DNA of 64,000 bases from contig CAWIEK010000016.1 of assembly GCA_963835065.1 (NCBI GenBank), forward strand, positions 64,001 through 128,000. The letters run 5' to 3'. The translations under genes were made by a program, and so were the position numbers. The first letter of the stretch is position 1. Every line of letters starts with the position of its first letter. Origin of the DNA: an uncultured Chthonomonadaceae bacterium. Its GTDB lineage: Bacteria; Armatimonadota; Chthonomonadetes; Chthonomonadales; Chthonomonadaceae. Below the pieces are notes generated by a model, which saw nothing but the letters and a program-made list of their open reading frames with translations, made no database searches and was not told where the DNA came from. Positions 11,081 to 21,876 of this stretch are shown here, one piece after another.

Positions 11081-11794
11081 ATGAACACTCTTGTACCGGA
11101 GGAATTCGATTTTCAGCGTATTGGCCGCCGTATCCGCCACCGGCGACTGCAAATGGGATTGTCGGCGGCGGAAGTGGCGCGGCAGGCGGGCGTGACGCGG
11201 CAAACCCTGGTGCGCCTGGAAAGCGGCAAGCCCTGCAAATTGCATACCTTGAACCGCCTGCGCAGTGTTTTGCGCCTGTTCTTCGATTACCTGCTGCGGG
11301 ACGATCCGCTGTTTGATTTTTGCGCGCAGCACAAGCCGGACGAAGCGCATTGGGTGGCATCCCGCAAGAAATCCGAGTACCAGAAGCACGGGGAGATTAC
11401 CGTTCCCGGCTTTGAGGACGACGCTGCCGAGCGGCTGCGGCTGGGGCGGCTGGGGTTTCAGCCTTTTTTTACCTGCCTGCTCACGTCCGAACTGCCCGAC
11501 GGCATTCTCAATCAGGGCATTATGGAAATCTATCGCGAAACGTGGGTAGACAGCCATCCGGGTGAGGAATTTGTGTACTGCCTCCGGGGGAAGGCGCGGC
11601 TTCGGGTACGAGGCGAAACGTTCCTGCTGGAGGAGGGCGGCGCGCTCACATTCAATGCGGTGGAACCGCATCAATATGCGCCTGCCGAACCCGTCGGACC
11701 GGAGGAGCCGCCCGTGCTATTGCTGATCGTGCTGGCGCTGCCGCCCTTGAGCGCGCGAGGCAAGCCAAAAACAGGCGCGACAAATGAGCCGTAA
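11081..11794 (+). CDS. XRE-family HTH transcriptional regulator with cupin domain
   Basis: IGRRIRHRR..GLSAAEVARQAGVTRQTLVRLESG; HPGEEFVYCLRG...PHQY cupin motif. Confidence 0.9.
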   Translation: MNTLVPEEFDFQRIGRRIRHRRLQMGLSAAEVARQAGVTRQTLVRLESGKPCKLHTLNRLRSVLRLFFDYLLRDDPLFDFCAQHKPDEAHWVASRKKSEYQKHGEITVPGFEDDAAERLRLGRLGFQPFFTCLLTSELPDGILNQGIMEIYRETWVDSHPGEEFVYCLRGKARLRVRGETFLLEEGGALTFNAVEPHQYAPAEPVGPEEPPVLLLIVLALPPLSARGKPKTGATNEP

Positions 11795-11931
11795 CGCAGG
11801 CATCTCCTGACCCGCAAGTGGAAACTCCGGGACACAATGCGATGATACGCATTCGTGTCCCGGAGTTTGTTGGCTGCTTCACGTTGTTTTTGGCTTCACA
11901 CTGGCGGCAGGCGTACCCGCCGAACTTGCCC

Positions 11932-12765
11932 TCAGCTTTTCTTTGTCATTTGATAATAATAATTATCCTGGTCGGCCTTGCCCGTCCAGCCTTCGCGCAG
12001 CAGGTCGCCGAGATTGTTGTCTCGAAACAGAACCGGCGTGACGCCGAAAATTGTCTTCGTGGGAGTCGCCGGACGCGCGGCTTTCACATGTCCATCGAAC
12101 CACAGCACGTTGGAAAAACCATGATGGCGGCCATGTACGCCGGGACGCTTCAAGGACGGCCAGCCGAGCATGGCATCGCGGTACAGACTTCCATCCGAGG
12201 AAATGCCTGCTGCATCCGCGACGAGAATGGTTTCTGTAGGGGCGGTAAACGCCGACAGGGTTGGTATGGTCGGCTGAAATCCGGGCAGATCGTAATACAG
12301 CAGGAAGTTCAGGCCGTAAGCGAACTTTGTAGGCGCGAAATCCCCCAGAGGAATTCCGCCTGCGGAGGGACAGTCCATAACGGCCCCGTTCTTCAGATAG
12401 GGTTCCAGAAAGCCCCGCGCCGGGTCGAACAAGACCGGGAATTGCGAAAAATCGTAGCGGCCGTTCCAGGTAATCACGGCTGTTCCGTCATCGTCGTCAT
12501 ACTCAAAAGGAAAAAGCTCCTCGTCGTAGTCCTGCATATACAGTTGCGCGGACAGGCCGATCTGCTTGAGGTTGGACATGCACGAGGCTTGCCGCGCTTT
12601 TTCGCGCGCTTGGGCAAAAACGGGAAACAAAATGGCGGCAAGAATGGCAATCACGGCAATGACGACAAGCAGTTCAATGAGCGTAAACGCGGCAGGACGC
12701 GCAGAGTCCTGGCATCGCAGCGAGGATGAAATGCGTTGGCGCTGCTTGGTTGCTTTATGTCGCAT
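11932..12765 (-). CDS. Prepilin-type N-terminal, DUF1559 / H-X9-DG domain protein
   Basis: [49 protein letters not shown]. Confidence 0.92.
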   Translation of the reverse strand: MRHKATKQRQRISSSLRCQDSARPAAFTLIELLVVIAVIAILAAILFPVFAQAREKARQASCMSNLKQIGLSAQLYMQDYDEELFPFEYDDDDGTAVITWNGRYDFSQFPVLFDPARGFLEPYLKNGAVMDCPSAGGIPLGDFAPTKFAYGLNFLLYYDLPGFQPTIPTLSAFTAPTETILVADAAGISSDGSLYRDAMLGWPSLKRPGVHGRHHGFSNVLWFDGHVKAARPATPTKTIFGVTPVLFRDNNLGDLLREGWTGKADQDNYYYQMTKKS

Positions 12766-12924
12766 GGTATACCACGAACTTTCTCAAAACACCGTGTCAC
12801 CCCAATGGGCGGAGCGAAGAAAGGAGCCATCAGGTTCTAGAATCAACTTCATATACAAAAACAAGTGTTGAGTTCTTAACTCGTGTTCTCTGACTGCCAA
12901 AATTGCGGGGAAGTTCCCTATTTT

Positions 12925-13914
12925 TCACAAACCTACTTCGGATGCGGCGTTTTCGCGGAACAGCGAGCCTTCGCGGATGTAGCGGCGTACCATGTTGACA
13001 TTCGCGTGTCCTGTCTGCTGCATGATGGCGCGTTCCGAAACGCCCGCCTGCGCCGCGCTGGTTGCCAGTCCCGCCCGCAGACTGTGGCCGGCATATTGCG
13101 CCGCGTCCAAGCCTGCCGCCCGCGCCGTCTTTTGTACAATCAGCGCAACCGAGCGGTCCGACAGGGCGCGGGGCAGGATATGGCCGTGCTTGTTGATGGG
13201 GCGAAACAAGGGCCCGGCCTCGATGTTCGCCACATTCAGCCAGGCTTGCAGGGAACGCACGGGGCAGGTATGCGGCTTGGAGCCATACGGTATCCCGATC
13301 TTGCGCCCCTGCCCCTCCTGATCGGTCTTGCTCCGCCGCAGCGTGACGGTAATGCCTTCGGTTGCAATAATAATATCTGAGCGCGTCAGGCTGACAAGTT
13401 CGGAGCGGCGAAACGCGCCCGCGAAGCCGAGCAGCAGCAGGGCGCGATCCCGGATTCCCGTCGGCGTGGGCGGCAGGGTGTCCACCATGCGGCGAATGTC
13501 GGCGGTGAGCGTGGGCGCTTTGCCTTCATACGCGGTTCCCTTGACGCGCCGGATGCCCGCCCACGTCGCCCGCACAATGGCTTCCTGTGTCGGCGTCGCG
13601 TGTCCCGCTGCCTGATGCGCCTGCGAAATAGAACTTAATCGCCGCTGCAAGGTGCTGCATTTGTGGGTATCGGCCAGCATGGTCAAGTACAGCGCGACGG
13701 TTTCCGGCGCGGCGGGTAAGGGAACAAGATCGTGCTGCGCGCACCAGGCGGTAAAATGGTTCCAATCTGCCCGGTAGCCGCGCAGGGTATTGGCCGCCCG
13801 CGCCTGCTCCACATACGCCCGCGCCTGCTTCCCCGCCTGCTTGAGTTCTTCCGAAATGGCAGGCAGGTGGTTTTCCGCTTCAACAACTTCAACAATGGTA
13901 ATTTCCGTACTCAT
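12925..13914 (-). CDS. Cre-like tyrosine recombinase / site-specific integrase
   Basis: SAM-like N-terminus (NTLRGYRADW); catalytic residues RRSEL, SKTDQ, HSLRAG, QTGH, RRY. Confidence 0.93.
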   Translation of the reverse strand: MSTEITIVEVVEAENHLPAISEELKQAGKQARAYVEQARAANTLRGYRADWNHFTAWCAQHDLVPLPAAPETVALYLTMLADTHKCSTLQRRLSSISQAHQAAGHATPTQEAIVRATWAGIRRVKGTAYEGKAPTLTADIRRMVDTLPPTPTGIRDRALLLLGFAGAFRRSELVSLTRSDIIIATEGITVTLRRSKTDQEGQGRKIGIPYGSKPHTCPVRSLQAWLNVANIEAGPLFRPINKHGHILPRALSDRSVALIVQKTARAAGLDAAQYAGHSLRAGLATSAAQAGVSERAIMQQTGHANVNMVRRYIREGSLFRENAASEVGL

Positions 13915-13947
13915 AAATCACTTGCTTTCTCAACCCGATGGCGGTTT

Positions 13948-14094
13948 TGTCTGAACCATGATTTATGTGATTTTCAGGATTACCATGATGATGTGCAGCC
14001 TGAACTACGAATCGTTCAATTATAGGCCGACTATGAGGAACGCGCCTCCTTCAATCATGGCAATCATCGTAATCACATAAATCATGGTTCAGAC
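13948..14094. repeat. MITE-like element with 24 bp terminal inverted repeats, copy 1
   Basis: GTCTGAACCATGATTTATGTGATT ... AATCACATAAATCATGGTTCAGAC; related copy at 21877-22048. Confidence 0.85.
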
Positions 14095-14209
14095 AACCCC
14101 GAAACGTCAATTTTCAGGCTATAATCAAGGAAGATACTGCATATGGCATGGAGCCTGTTGTTCCTTCGCGGCACTGCGCTGTGTACAGGAACGACTTTGG
14201 AGGAATACA

Positions 14210-15097
14210 ATGACAGCAACTGCATCAACTCGATTTGAAATGAACAATGCCGAAGTACTGCCAATTAGCGCCGAACAACAGGCGTTTTATACGACAAATG
14301 GCTACCTGATTGTGCCGCAGGTGTTCGCGCCGGACGAAGTTGCCATGTACCGCGACCACTTCATGCGGCTGCGGGCGGAAGGCGCGCGTCCGGGCGATTT
14401 CGCGGGCGCGGACCTGACCAGCGAAGACCCTTTGAAGCGCTACCCGCGCATGATTCACATGCACCGATGGGATGAGGTAAGCCTGCAATGGCTGCTTGAC
14501 TCGCGCCTGAACGCCTGCCTCTTGTCCCTGCTTGGCGTGGAGCCGTATGCCGTACAAACCATGCTGTACTTCAAGCCGGCGGGCGCGCGTGGGCAGGCAT
14601 TGCATCAGGATCAGTATTATTTGCGCGTCCAGCCCGGAACGTGCATGGCCGCATGGCTGGCGCTGGATCGCTGCGACGAAGAAAACGGCTGTATGCGCGT
14701 CGTGCCGGGCAGCCATACATGGCCCGTCCTCTGCCCCATTACGGCGGACACAACTCAAAGTTTTACCGACATTACGGTTCCCATTCCTTCCGACCAGGAA
14801 GTGCGCCCCGTTTTGATGGAAGCGGGCGACGTGCTGTTTTTCAACGGGCAATTGGTACATGGCAGCTACCCGAATACCTCGCCGGATCGCTTTCGCCGCG
14901 CCCTGATCGGCCACTACATTGTCGGCAACGCGGAAAAAGTGGGCGGCTACTACCATCCCGCGCTGCGCATGGACGGTTCCGTTGTCGAAATCCCCTCCAA
15001 CGACTCCGCCGGGCCGTGTGGCGTGTGGGTAGACCGCGACGGCAGGCGCGAAATTGATGTAGAAAACGTTCTCGCCACGTCGGACGCCCACGAATAA
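14210..15097 (+). CDS. Phytanoyl-CoA dioxygenase (PhyH) family 2OG-Fe(II) oxygenase
   Basis: NGYLIVPQVF, LHQD (HxD), AWLALD..ENGC, HGSYPN..DRFR; GGAGG before the ATG. Confidence 0.92.
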   Translation: MTATASTRFEMNNAEVLPISAEQQAFYTTNGYLIVPQVFAPDEVAMYRDHFMRLRAEGARPGDFAGADLTSEDPLKRYPRMIHMHRWDEVSLQWLLDSRLNACLLSLLGVEPYAVQTMLYFKPAGARGQALHQDQYYLRVQPGTCMAAWLALDRCDEENGCMRVVPGSHTWPVLCPITADTTQSFTDITVPIPSDQEVRPVLMEAGDVLFFNGQLVHGSYPNTSPDRFRRALIGHYIVGNAEKVGGYYHPALRMDGSVVEIPSNDSAGPCGVWVDRDGRREIDVENVLATSDAHE

Positions 15098-15224
15098 GCC
15101 ACCGCGCGAACAGGCAATTGCGCGAACAGGCAACGGAATGGCAGGCACAACCATGAACAAACGACAGCGCTTTTTTCGCTCCGGCATTATCGTCTTGATT
15201 GCGTTGCTGTGCTTATTCCAAATC

Positions 15225-15353
15225 ACCGTTCAAATAAAACGTTTCTCACCTCAAAAAGAACGTTGTAGGGGCACAACATGTTGTGCCCGCCCGCCGCGTT
15301 ATCAGGAAGAGGGCACAACATGTTGTGCCCCTACAAACTTTTATTTGAACGGT
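15225..15353. repeat. REPIN-like dimer of GTAG REPs within ACCGTTCAAATAAAA terminal inverted repeats
   Basis: GTAGGGGCACAACATGTTGTGCCC ... GGGCACAACATGTTGTGCCCCTAC, bracketed by ACCGTTCAAATAAAA / TTTTATTTGAACGGT. Confidence 0.85.
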
Positions 15354-15394
15354 ATTGGTGCTAGTTCTACTCCCTACTGCCCACTCCCTACTGC

Positions 15395-16402
15395 CTATCT
15401 CCACCTTGCCGTTTGTCCGAAGTCGGCGTTGTAATAGTTGCTGACATGGGTTCCGGGCGGGACGATGGCGTCTATTTGCTGGCTGTCTTCGTCCGTTACT
15501 TTCACGTCTGCCGCTTTCAGGTAGTCTTCCAACTGCTCCAGGGAGCGCGGGCCGATGATGGGACTGGTCACGCCGGGCTGCGCCATGCACCAGGCGAGGG
15601 CGAAATGCGCCAGGGGTATATTGCGTTGCTCGGCGAACGTCAGCAGTTTTTCCACGACGGCAAGCGCGGTATCGTTGTCGCGGTTGGCGAATGCGCCTTT
15701 TTCGTAGCGGGAACCTTCGGGGCGCGGCTGTCCTAATCGGTACTTGCCCGTGAGCAGGCCACCGGCGATGGGCGCCCAGGGAATGACGCCGAAGCCATAC
15801 GCGCGGCAAAACGGCAGCAGTTCCCGCTCAATGCGCCGGTCCAGCAGGTTGTACGGCGGCTGTTCGCAGACGAAGCGATTCAGGTGCAGGGCGTCGGACG
15901 CCCACAGGGATTCGACCAATTGCCAGGCGGCGAAGGTGCTTGTGCCGATGTAGCGCACTTTGCCCTGCCGGATAAGATCGTCCAGGGCGCGCAGGGTTTC
16001 GTCAACGGGTACGGACGGCTGCGGGCGGTGCAGTTGGTACAGGTCAATGTAATCCGTTTGCAGGCGGCGCAGGCTGTCCTCGCAGCCCTGAATGATGTGA
16101 CGGCGGTGGCTGCCCCAGGCGTTTGGGTCGGTATCGTCCATGCGGTTGTACACTTTGGTTGCGAGTACCACTTTGTCGCGCCGATTGTCCATTGCCAGCG
16201 CTTTGCCCGTAATGGTTTCCGACACGCCCCGGCTGTACACGTCAGCGGTATCGAAGAAGTTAATTCCCGCTTCCATTGCCCGGTGCATGATGGCAATGGA
16301 GTCTTCCTCACCGGTTCCGCTCTTGCCATCGCCCCAGTTCATGCACCCCAGACACAGCGTACTGACTTGAACGCCCGTTCTGCCCAATGCTCGGTATTCC
16401 AT
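15395..16402 (-). CDS. Aldo/keto reductase
   Basis: YRALGRTGVQVSTLCLG, FFDTADVY, SLRRLQTDYIDLYQLH, GKVRYIG, PIIGPR. Confidence 0.95.
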   Translation of the reverse strand: MEYRALGRTGVQVSTLCLGCMNWGDGKSGTGEEDSIAIMHRAMEAGINFFDTADVYSRGVSETITGKALAMDNRRDKVVLATKVYNRMDDTDPNAWGSHRRHIIQGCEDSLRRLQTDYIDLYQLHRPQPSVPVDETLRALDDLIRQGKVRYIGTSTFAAWQLVESLWASDALHLNRFVCEQPPYNLLDRRIERELLPFCRAYGFGVIPWAPIAGGLLTGKYRLGQPRPEGSRYEKGAFANRDNDTALAVVEKLLTFAEQRNIPLAHFALAWCMAQPGVTSPIIGPRSLEQLEDYLKAADVKVTDEDSQQIDAIVPPGTHVSNYYNADFGQTARWR

Positions 16403-16466
16403 ACTAAACTTCTCCCGAAATATGTAGCCGTTTGCAAGATGCGATTGCCACCTCAAAAACAACATC

Positions 16467-16535
16467 GTAGGGACACAACATGTTGTGTCCGCGCTCCTAC
16501 GTTACAAGCGCGGACACAACATGTTGTGTCCCTAC
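16467..16535. repeat. REPIN-like GTAG REP dimer
   Basis: GTAGGGACACAACATGTTGTGTCC ... GGACACAACATGTTGTGTCCCTAC. Confidence 0.85.
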
Positions 16536-16577
16536 GAACGTCTATCCAGGTGGGTGTTGATCTTCTTACTTTCAGAG

Positions 16578-16605
16578 AAAAGTGTCCATTCAAATGGACA
16601 CTTTT
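16578..16605. promoter_or_regulatory. Candidate parS palindrome 1
   Basis: AAAAGTGTCCATT-CA-AATGGACACTTTT, downstream of parB. Confidence 0.65.
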
Positions 16606-16682
16606 AGCGCTCCACAAGGTATTTTGACCTTAAATCGCGTTCGTCACGCTTACTACCCTGCTTACAAAGCCGGTTACGTTGC

Positions 16683-16714
16683 GCAAAAGTGTCCATTTGA
16701 ATGGACACTTTTGC
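16683..16714. promoter_or_regulatory. Candidate parS palindrome 2
   Basis: GCAAAAGTGTCCATT-TG-AATGGACACTTTTGC, a few nt past the parB stop. Confidence 0.65.
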
Positions 16715-16720
16715 TGATTA

Positions 16721-17809
16721 TTACGCTTTCATCTCCACGACTTTCGCTTGTTCTATGGCGTCGGCGAGTACGGATTTTTCCTCTTCCGTCAGCGTGTTGG
16801 ATACCAGAGCCTCTACGATCCAGCGCACTTCCGGGCGAAGCTGCGGGGATTGCGAGAAGGTGACGGAGGTGGATTGACGTGGGCGCGTGGTGCGCAGTCG
16901 CTCGCCTTTTGGCGCGGAAAAGGGATGCGGGCGCTCTTCGGCTACGGACAAATCCGTATTCGCGCCCAACGCCTGCCTTGCCAGCAAATGCTGTCGCACC
17001 TGTGACACGGACAGGCCGTAGCTTCCCGTGCGGCGCTCACTGGGGCGAGCGGCCTGCTCCGCAAGCGTGAGCAGTTCCTCCTTTTGCAGCAGGCCCTGCG
17101 CGCGCTGGAGCATGATGCCGTGACTGCCGGACAAGCGCCCCGCTTCGATCAGATCGGCAATGGACTCCGGCAGTTCGGCCAGATGGAACAGGTCGTGGAT
17201 GCGCGAGCGGCCCAGGCCCACTTCCGAGGCAATGTCTTCCCACGTCGTTTTCGGGTTTTGGGATTTACGCAGTTCGTACAGGCGGCGCAGGGCGCGGCCT
17301 TTTTCGATGTCGGTCAGTTCCGCGCGCAGCACGTTTTCGGCAAGCTGCGCGGCCTGCACTTCATCATCCGTGAGGGCGCGAATACGAGCGGGAATCCGCA
17401 CTTTGCCCGCAAGCCGCGCGGCCCGCCAGCGCCGCTCCCCTGCTACCAGCCGGTACGCTTCGCCGGGCTGAATGGGCGGGCGCACCAGAATGGGCTGCAG
17501 TACGCCGCGCCGGGCAATGTCATCGGCAAGCGCCTGCAAATCGGACGTGTCGAAGTGGCGGCGAGGCTGCGCGGGATCGGGCATGATTTCGTCGAGCAAT
17601 AGGTCGCGGGCATCGGTTGCCACGCCCGCATGCGCAAGGTCGCCCTCGTTGAGCAGATTGGCCGCAGCCGCAACCGTTTGCGACATTCCTTCCCGGCTGC
17701 GGGTTCTCGCCCGCGTCGCAGTGGTGGCCGGGGCGCGCTCCGGCGTGGCGGGCGCGTTAGTTTCCGCAGATTTCGGTAACACTGTGTACCACCTCCTCGG
17801 CAAGCGCAT
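16721..17809 (-). CDS. parB: ParB/RepB/Spo0J partition protein
   Basis: PDPAQPRRHF, GVLQPILVR, LVAGERRWRAA, ENVLRAELTDIE, then an HTH. Start uncertain. Confidence 0.93.
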   Translation of the reverse strand: MRLPRRWYTVLPKSAETNAPATPERAPATTATRARTRSREGMSQTVAAAANLLNEGDLAHAGVATDARDLLLDEIMPDPAQPRRHFDTSDLQALADDIARRGVLQPILVRPPIQPGEAYRLVAGERRWRAARLAGKVRIPARIRALTDDEVQAAQLAENVLRAELTDIEKGRALRRLYELRKSQNPKTTWEDIASEVGLGRSRIHDLFHLAELPESIADLIEAGRLSGSHGIMLQRAQGLLQKEELLTLAEQAARPSERRTGSYGLSVSQVRQHLLARQALGANTDLSVAEERPHPFSAPKGERLRTTRPRQSTSVTFSQSPQLRPEVRWIVEALVSNTLTEEEKSVLADAIEQAKVVEMKA

Positions 17810-18740
17810 AAAAGTGTTCGGCTTCCGGCAGGCCGGAAAACACGACCGGGTGACGCGCAGCGGTAGACCCGTCCACAGCCGTGCGTTCGGGAATAATCGT
17901 CTGGAACATGCGCCGCCCGAAAATCGAAGTGGTCATTTCGATAATCGCGCTGGCGTTGGCGGTTGTTAATCGCTGCCGGTTGAGGACGCCACCCAAAACG
18001 TGGATCGGATGCCGCGACAGTTCCGCGCAGCCCTTGCGGGTGTTGAGCAATTGCCGGACGCCTTCGAGGGAAAACGCGCCGTCTATGGGAATTAGAATCG
18101 CATCCGAAGCCACCATCGCGTTGATGGACAGCAGGCCGAGCGAGGGCGGCGCGTCAATCAGCACAAAGTCAAATTCGCTGCGCATAGATTCGAGCGCCTT
18201 ATCCAGTTTCATTTCCCGGCCAAGCGCGTTGTGCAGCATCATTTCCGCGGCGGCTAAATTCAGGTGGGAGGGCGCAAGGCGCAGGTTGGGATGGTATGTC
18301 ACCGTCCGCACCACCTCGGCAAGCGCGCGGGTCGGGCCTGTCGCTTCGTAGCCGATCACGTCCGCAATGGAACTTTCCACGTCGTTCCACAGCACGTCCA
18401 GCCCGAAGGAGCAGTTGGCCTGCGGGTCGAAGTCCACGATCAACACGCGATATCCGTTCATGGCAAGCGCGCCGGCAAGGTTGATGGTGATGGTGGTTTT
18501 GCCCACGCCCCCCTTCTGGTTTACGAGGGCGATAGTCGTGGTTCCCTTGCGCTTTTTCCCGCCCAGCATTTCGCGGATGCGGTCTATGTCCTCCTGCGTG
18601 TACAGGCGGCGATTTCCGGCGCGACGCGATGCCCCGCCGTCGCCGCGTCGTTCCAGTCGCCGCAGCGTGTCGGGCGTCACGCCCAGAACGTCGGCGGCTT
18701 GCGTGACCGTAAGATTTTCTACCGGACGGCGTAGTGTCAT
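17757..18740 (-). CDS. parA: ParA/Soj ATPase with N-terminal MerR-type HTH
   Basis: TVTQAADVLGVTPDTLRRLE...GNRRLY (MerR HTH); NQKGGVGKTT, DFDPQAN, IDAPPSLG. Confidence 0.93.
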   Translation of the reverse strand: MTLRRPVENLTVTQAADVLGVTPDTLRRLERRGDGGASRRAGNRRLYTQEDIDRIREMLGGKKRKGTTTIALVNQKGGVGKTTITINLAGALAMNGYRVLIVDFDPQANCSFGLDVLWNDVESSIADVIGYEATGPTRALAEVVRTVTYHPNLRLAPSHLNLAAAEMMLHNALGREMKLDKALESMRSEFDFVLIDAPPSLGLLSINAMVASDAILIPIDGAFSLEGVRQLLNTRKGCAELSRHPIHVLGGVLNRQRLTTANASAIIEMTTSIFGRRMFQTIIPERTAVDGSTAARHPVVFSGLPEAEHFYALAEEVVHSVTEICGN

Positions 18741-19273
18741 GGGCTTCCTTTCTCAAATTCAGGGTTTATAGGGTTTTAGGGTTCCAGTGTTTTAGGTGTT
18801 CGGTGTTCAGGTATTCGGGTGTTCGGGAACAGCATTGGCGCGGTTGGCAGAATTGGTGTTTCGTTCTGCGGGGTATGTTGCTGTGTTCTGGCTACTGTGT
18901 TCGCGGAGCGCAGGGAAATCTCCTGCTATTTTCTTGGAAAAATATCGTGAGATGAACGCAATCGCATTTCCACGCCTTCACGCCAAAGTTTCAGACCGTT
19001 TTTGCCCTTGAGATGCGTTATTTTGCGGCATGTTTACAGCATGGAACTCGCAAAATATGGCGTTTGGTGTCGTGATGCTGTAATGTCCGCTTGCTCCGCC
19101 ATGCAGATTCTTCCTCATTTTTTCGATGCTGGAAAAGCGTTGTCAGGCCAAAGAACGCGAATTAAGGCATTGAGTTAGTGGCTGGTATGGCTGCAGGTAT
19201 TTGCAGGCAAAGTGTAAATGGCTATGTTTTTCAACCAACCACCAACCACCAATCACCAATTACCAGCCACCAA

Positions 19274-21235
19274 CTACTCCTCCCGAAGCGGCGTGGAATT
19301 GTGCGCGGCGTCCCATTGCCAGAAGTCGGGAACGCCGGGCAGTTTGTTGTCGCGCACGAACGCCAGGAACCGCTCCACGCGCTGTTCGGGCAGGTCGAAA
19401 CCGCGAAAAATCTCCGCCGACTGCTCGGATTTGGACGCCCGATCCTGCCAGAATTTGCGCATCTTCTGCTCGTAAACCAAAAATGCGCTGTAAGCCGCTG
19501 GGAAGGCCGTTTCACCCCCCTGAACCAGTAAGTTACCCAAGAACGCGGTATATGCCCCGTAAAACGCCTCCTGATGGCCTTTACGGGCATTGCTGCGCCG
19601 CGCCTTGCCCGACTTTTGCGCTGATTTGGCGTATTCCGCGCCCGCCGCCGCTTCGTACTGCAAAATTCCGCCGAAGGTCTGGATGTCGAAACGGGTCTTT
19701 TGCGCCTGCCGGTGGGCGAACGCGATCAGGTACTGCGCCCCTTCCAGGCCGAGCCGCTCCAGCACATCCTGCGCCTGCGCCAATTCGCGGGGCGTGGGGC
19801 GGGCGGTCGTGCCGGTGTGGTGGAACGTCTCGTAAAACCGCCGCGCCAATTCCAGCGCGGGAGTTTCCGCGGACGGGTCCAGGAGGGAGGAGGGAGGCAC
19901 TGTCTCAGCCATAGGTTCGGCGGCAGTGGTTTCAGCCGCAGGAGTTTCCCCGGCGGTAACTGCATCGGCAACGGTTGCATCCGCTGTGATTGCGTCCGCT
20001 GTGATTGCGTTGGCAGGGGTTGGCGCAATGACCGGCTGCGCGTCGGGGGCCGGTTCCGTCCATGCGTCCATTTCGGCGGGGGGTGACAGGAACACAGGTT
20101 CTTCTACCATCAAGGGCAATGTGATTTGATCGCCCGCTTGTTGTCCCAATGTTTGCTCAGTTGCCTGTCCGTCCGCTGAAGGCGTTGCCGTCAACTGCGC
20201 GGACGCTGCGTTTTGCGCGGATGTGGATTTTGCCGATTGCCGTTCCGTCGTGGCTGTTTCCGCCGCAAGCCGCTGTGACGCTTCCAGCGCGCTGCGCTCG
20301 GCTTCGCGCCGTTTGCGGGCATTGACGCCGGGAAACGCGAACGCAAGCTGCTCGTTGCGGGCTTTGGAGCCGGGAGTGCAAAGCATGATCCAGTCGGGGC
20401 TGCCGTCGCTGTCAGTCGTGGCCTCGTACTCCACGCCCGTGATGTACCCGGAGCGCAAATGGGGACGCAGAACTTTGTACATCTGTTTTTTCATGTGGTC
20501 AAAATCCGTGCAGCGAACCTGCGTGGAGAGGGCGCAGTATTCCGAATATACCAATCTTGCGCGTTGATTATATTTTAACGCGGGCAAAATCTGATAACTG
20601 ATAATTTCATAAAAACGCTGCTCGGAAGGCGCTAGGTCGCGCAGGTAGTCGTAATCCAGCGGACGCAGCAGGGCGTTGTTAAGAACATCTACGTAGATGT
20701 CGTTGAGCAGCAGGTACACGGCGTCGGCTTTATGGCCGTCCGGCAGCAGTTCGCCGGTGAAGATCACGCTGTAGCGGGAAAACGCGGCTTCCAGCGACCG
20801 CTCGGCCTTATCCGTCGTTCGGTAGGTGATGCGGGCGTTGATAAACGCGCTGGCGTTTTGCAGCAGAGCCTTCTTGACCGAGTGCGTATTTTTCTCGCCG
20901 GCCAGAACCTGCGTGGCGACTTCGCGCAGGCTGCCCAGCCGAATCAGTTTGGGCACGGGCTTGCCGGCTTCTTCAATGCGGCGGTTGATGATGATGGTGT
21001 CCAGCTTGTAGGCCAATCGTCCGGGCGGGCCGTAGCGGCTGTTGTACGAAACCTCCCAACTCAGCACCGTCGCGCCATGTTCGTCCTTGCGCTTGATTTC
21101 GATGCGAACGCCGTCTTTGGTGGACAGGTTGTGGATAGGATAGCGCGACAAAGCGGTTTCGCTGCGAATGATTTCCAGCGGAACCAATTCGGCTTCCAAT
21201 TCCGGGGTTTCCGTGCCAAAAAGAGCCAGATCCAT
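19274..21235 (-). CDS. Plasmid-type replication initiator protein (putative)
   Basis: SETALSRYPIHNLS, YGPPGRLAYKLD, RPLDYDYLRDL..QRFYE resemble Rep initiators; the gene lies between iterons and parAB. Confidence 0.72.
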   Translation of the reverse strand: MDLALFGTETPELEAELVPLEIIRSETALSRYPIHNLSTKDGVRIEIKRKDEHGATVLSWEVSYNSRYGPPGRLAYKLDTIIINRRIEEAGKPVPKLIRLGSLREVATQVLAGEKNTHSVKKALLQNASAFINARITYRTTDKAERSLEAAFSRYSVIFTGELLPDGHKADAVYLLLNDIYVDVLNNALLRPLDYDYLRDLAPSEQRFYEIISYQILPALKYNQRARLVYSEYCALSTQVRCTDFDHMKKQMYKVLRPHLRSGYITGVEYEATTDSDGSPDWIMLCTPGSKARNEQLAFAFPGVNARKRREAERSALEASQRLAAETATTERQSAKSTSAQNAASAQLTATPSADGQATEQTLGQQAGDQITLPLMVEEPVFLSPPAEMDAWTEPAPDAQPVIAPTPANAITADAITADATVADAVTAGETPAAETTAAEPMAETVPPSSLLDPSAETPALELARRFYETFHHTGTTARPTPRELAQAQDVLERLGLEGAQYLIAFAHRQAQKTRFDIQTFGGILQYEAAAGAEYAKSAQKSGKARRSNARKGHQEAFYGAYTAFLGNLLVQGGETAFPAAYSAFLVYEQKMRKFWQDRASKSEQSAEIFRGFDLPEQRVERFLAFVRDNKLPGVPDFWQWDAAHNSTPLREE

Positions 21236-21412
21236 GGGGTTAATCCTCAGCAAAAATTTCAACACACACACTCTGCCCTCGCGCGCGCATACGCGAAGTG
21301 TGTGTGTATTTAGAGTCTAAGAGTCGTATTAAGAGTCTAATAGTTAACGGAATTTTCAAAGGCGATTTTATATGCTTTCCGAGAAGGAAATGGTGATTTT
21401 AGATACAAGTGG

Positions 21413-21602
21413 TCGTCTCCCGAATTAAGGCGATTCGTCTCCCGAATTAAGGCGCCTCGTCTCCCGAATTAAGGCGATTCGTCTCCCGAATTAAGGCACC
21501 CCTCCAAAATGAGGGGCTGCGTCTCCCGAATTAAGGCGCCTTAATTCGAGTTCAAAACCGCCTTAATTCGGGAGACGATTGCCAAATATCCCGAATTAAG
21601 GC
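21413..21602. repeat. Iteron array / putative replication origin
   Basis: CGTCTCCCGAATTAAGGC four times in tandem at exact 22 bp period (units at 21413, 21435, 21457, 21479), a fifth at ~21520, an inverted copy at 21559-21578 and a partial one at 21589; AT-rich flanks. Confidence 0.88.
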
Positions 21603-21876
21603 AGGTAAATGTGCTTGCAAATTTCCGCGCAACATCAGGCATTACAGATTAATTTTTCATGCCTGATAACACTAATCTAACCATAACTATAGGGCGTTCG
21701 GAATGGCTGTGAACGTACACAATTGTACATCTTTTTGGCTGTTTTTCCGCCACTTGCCGCTACGATTTTTCCGGCATGGTTTTGCAACGCTTAACGGCGA
21801 AGATTACCTGCCTTAACGTTTGCTGAAATGATGTACAAGCGGGCGTTCATTACATCTGCAAGGATGAGTCCGTCAT

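Noticed and set aside
9888..12765. Type IV pilus or T2SS locus
   Set aside because: These are DUF1559-type prepilin-like paralogs with no assembly ATPase, platform or secretin genes nearby.
15138..15434. 98 aa ORF with repeated GTTCCA peptides
   Set aside because: Most of it is translated REP sequence; at most a short N-terminal gene remnant.
12925..21235. Prophage
   Set aside because: No structural, terminase or lysis genes and no att pair recognised.
21413..21602. Possible CRISPR array
   Set aside because: Units are separated by only 2-4 nt with no unique spacers and no cas genes; the 22 bp period next to rep fits iterons.
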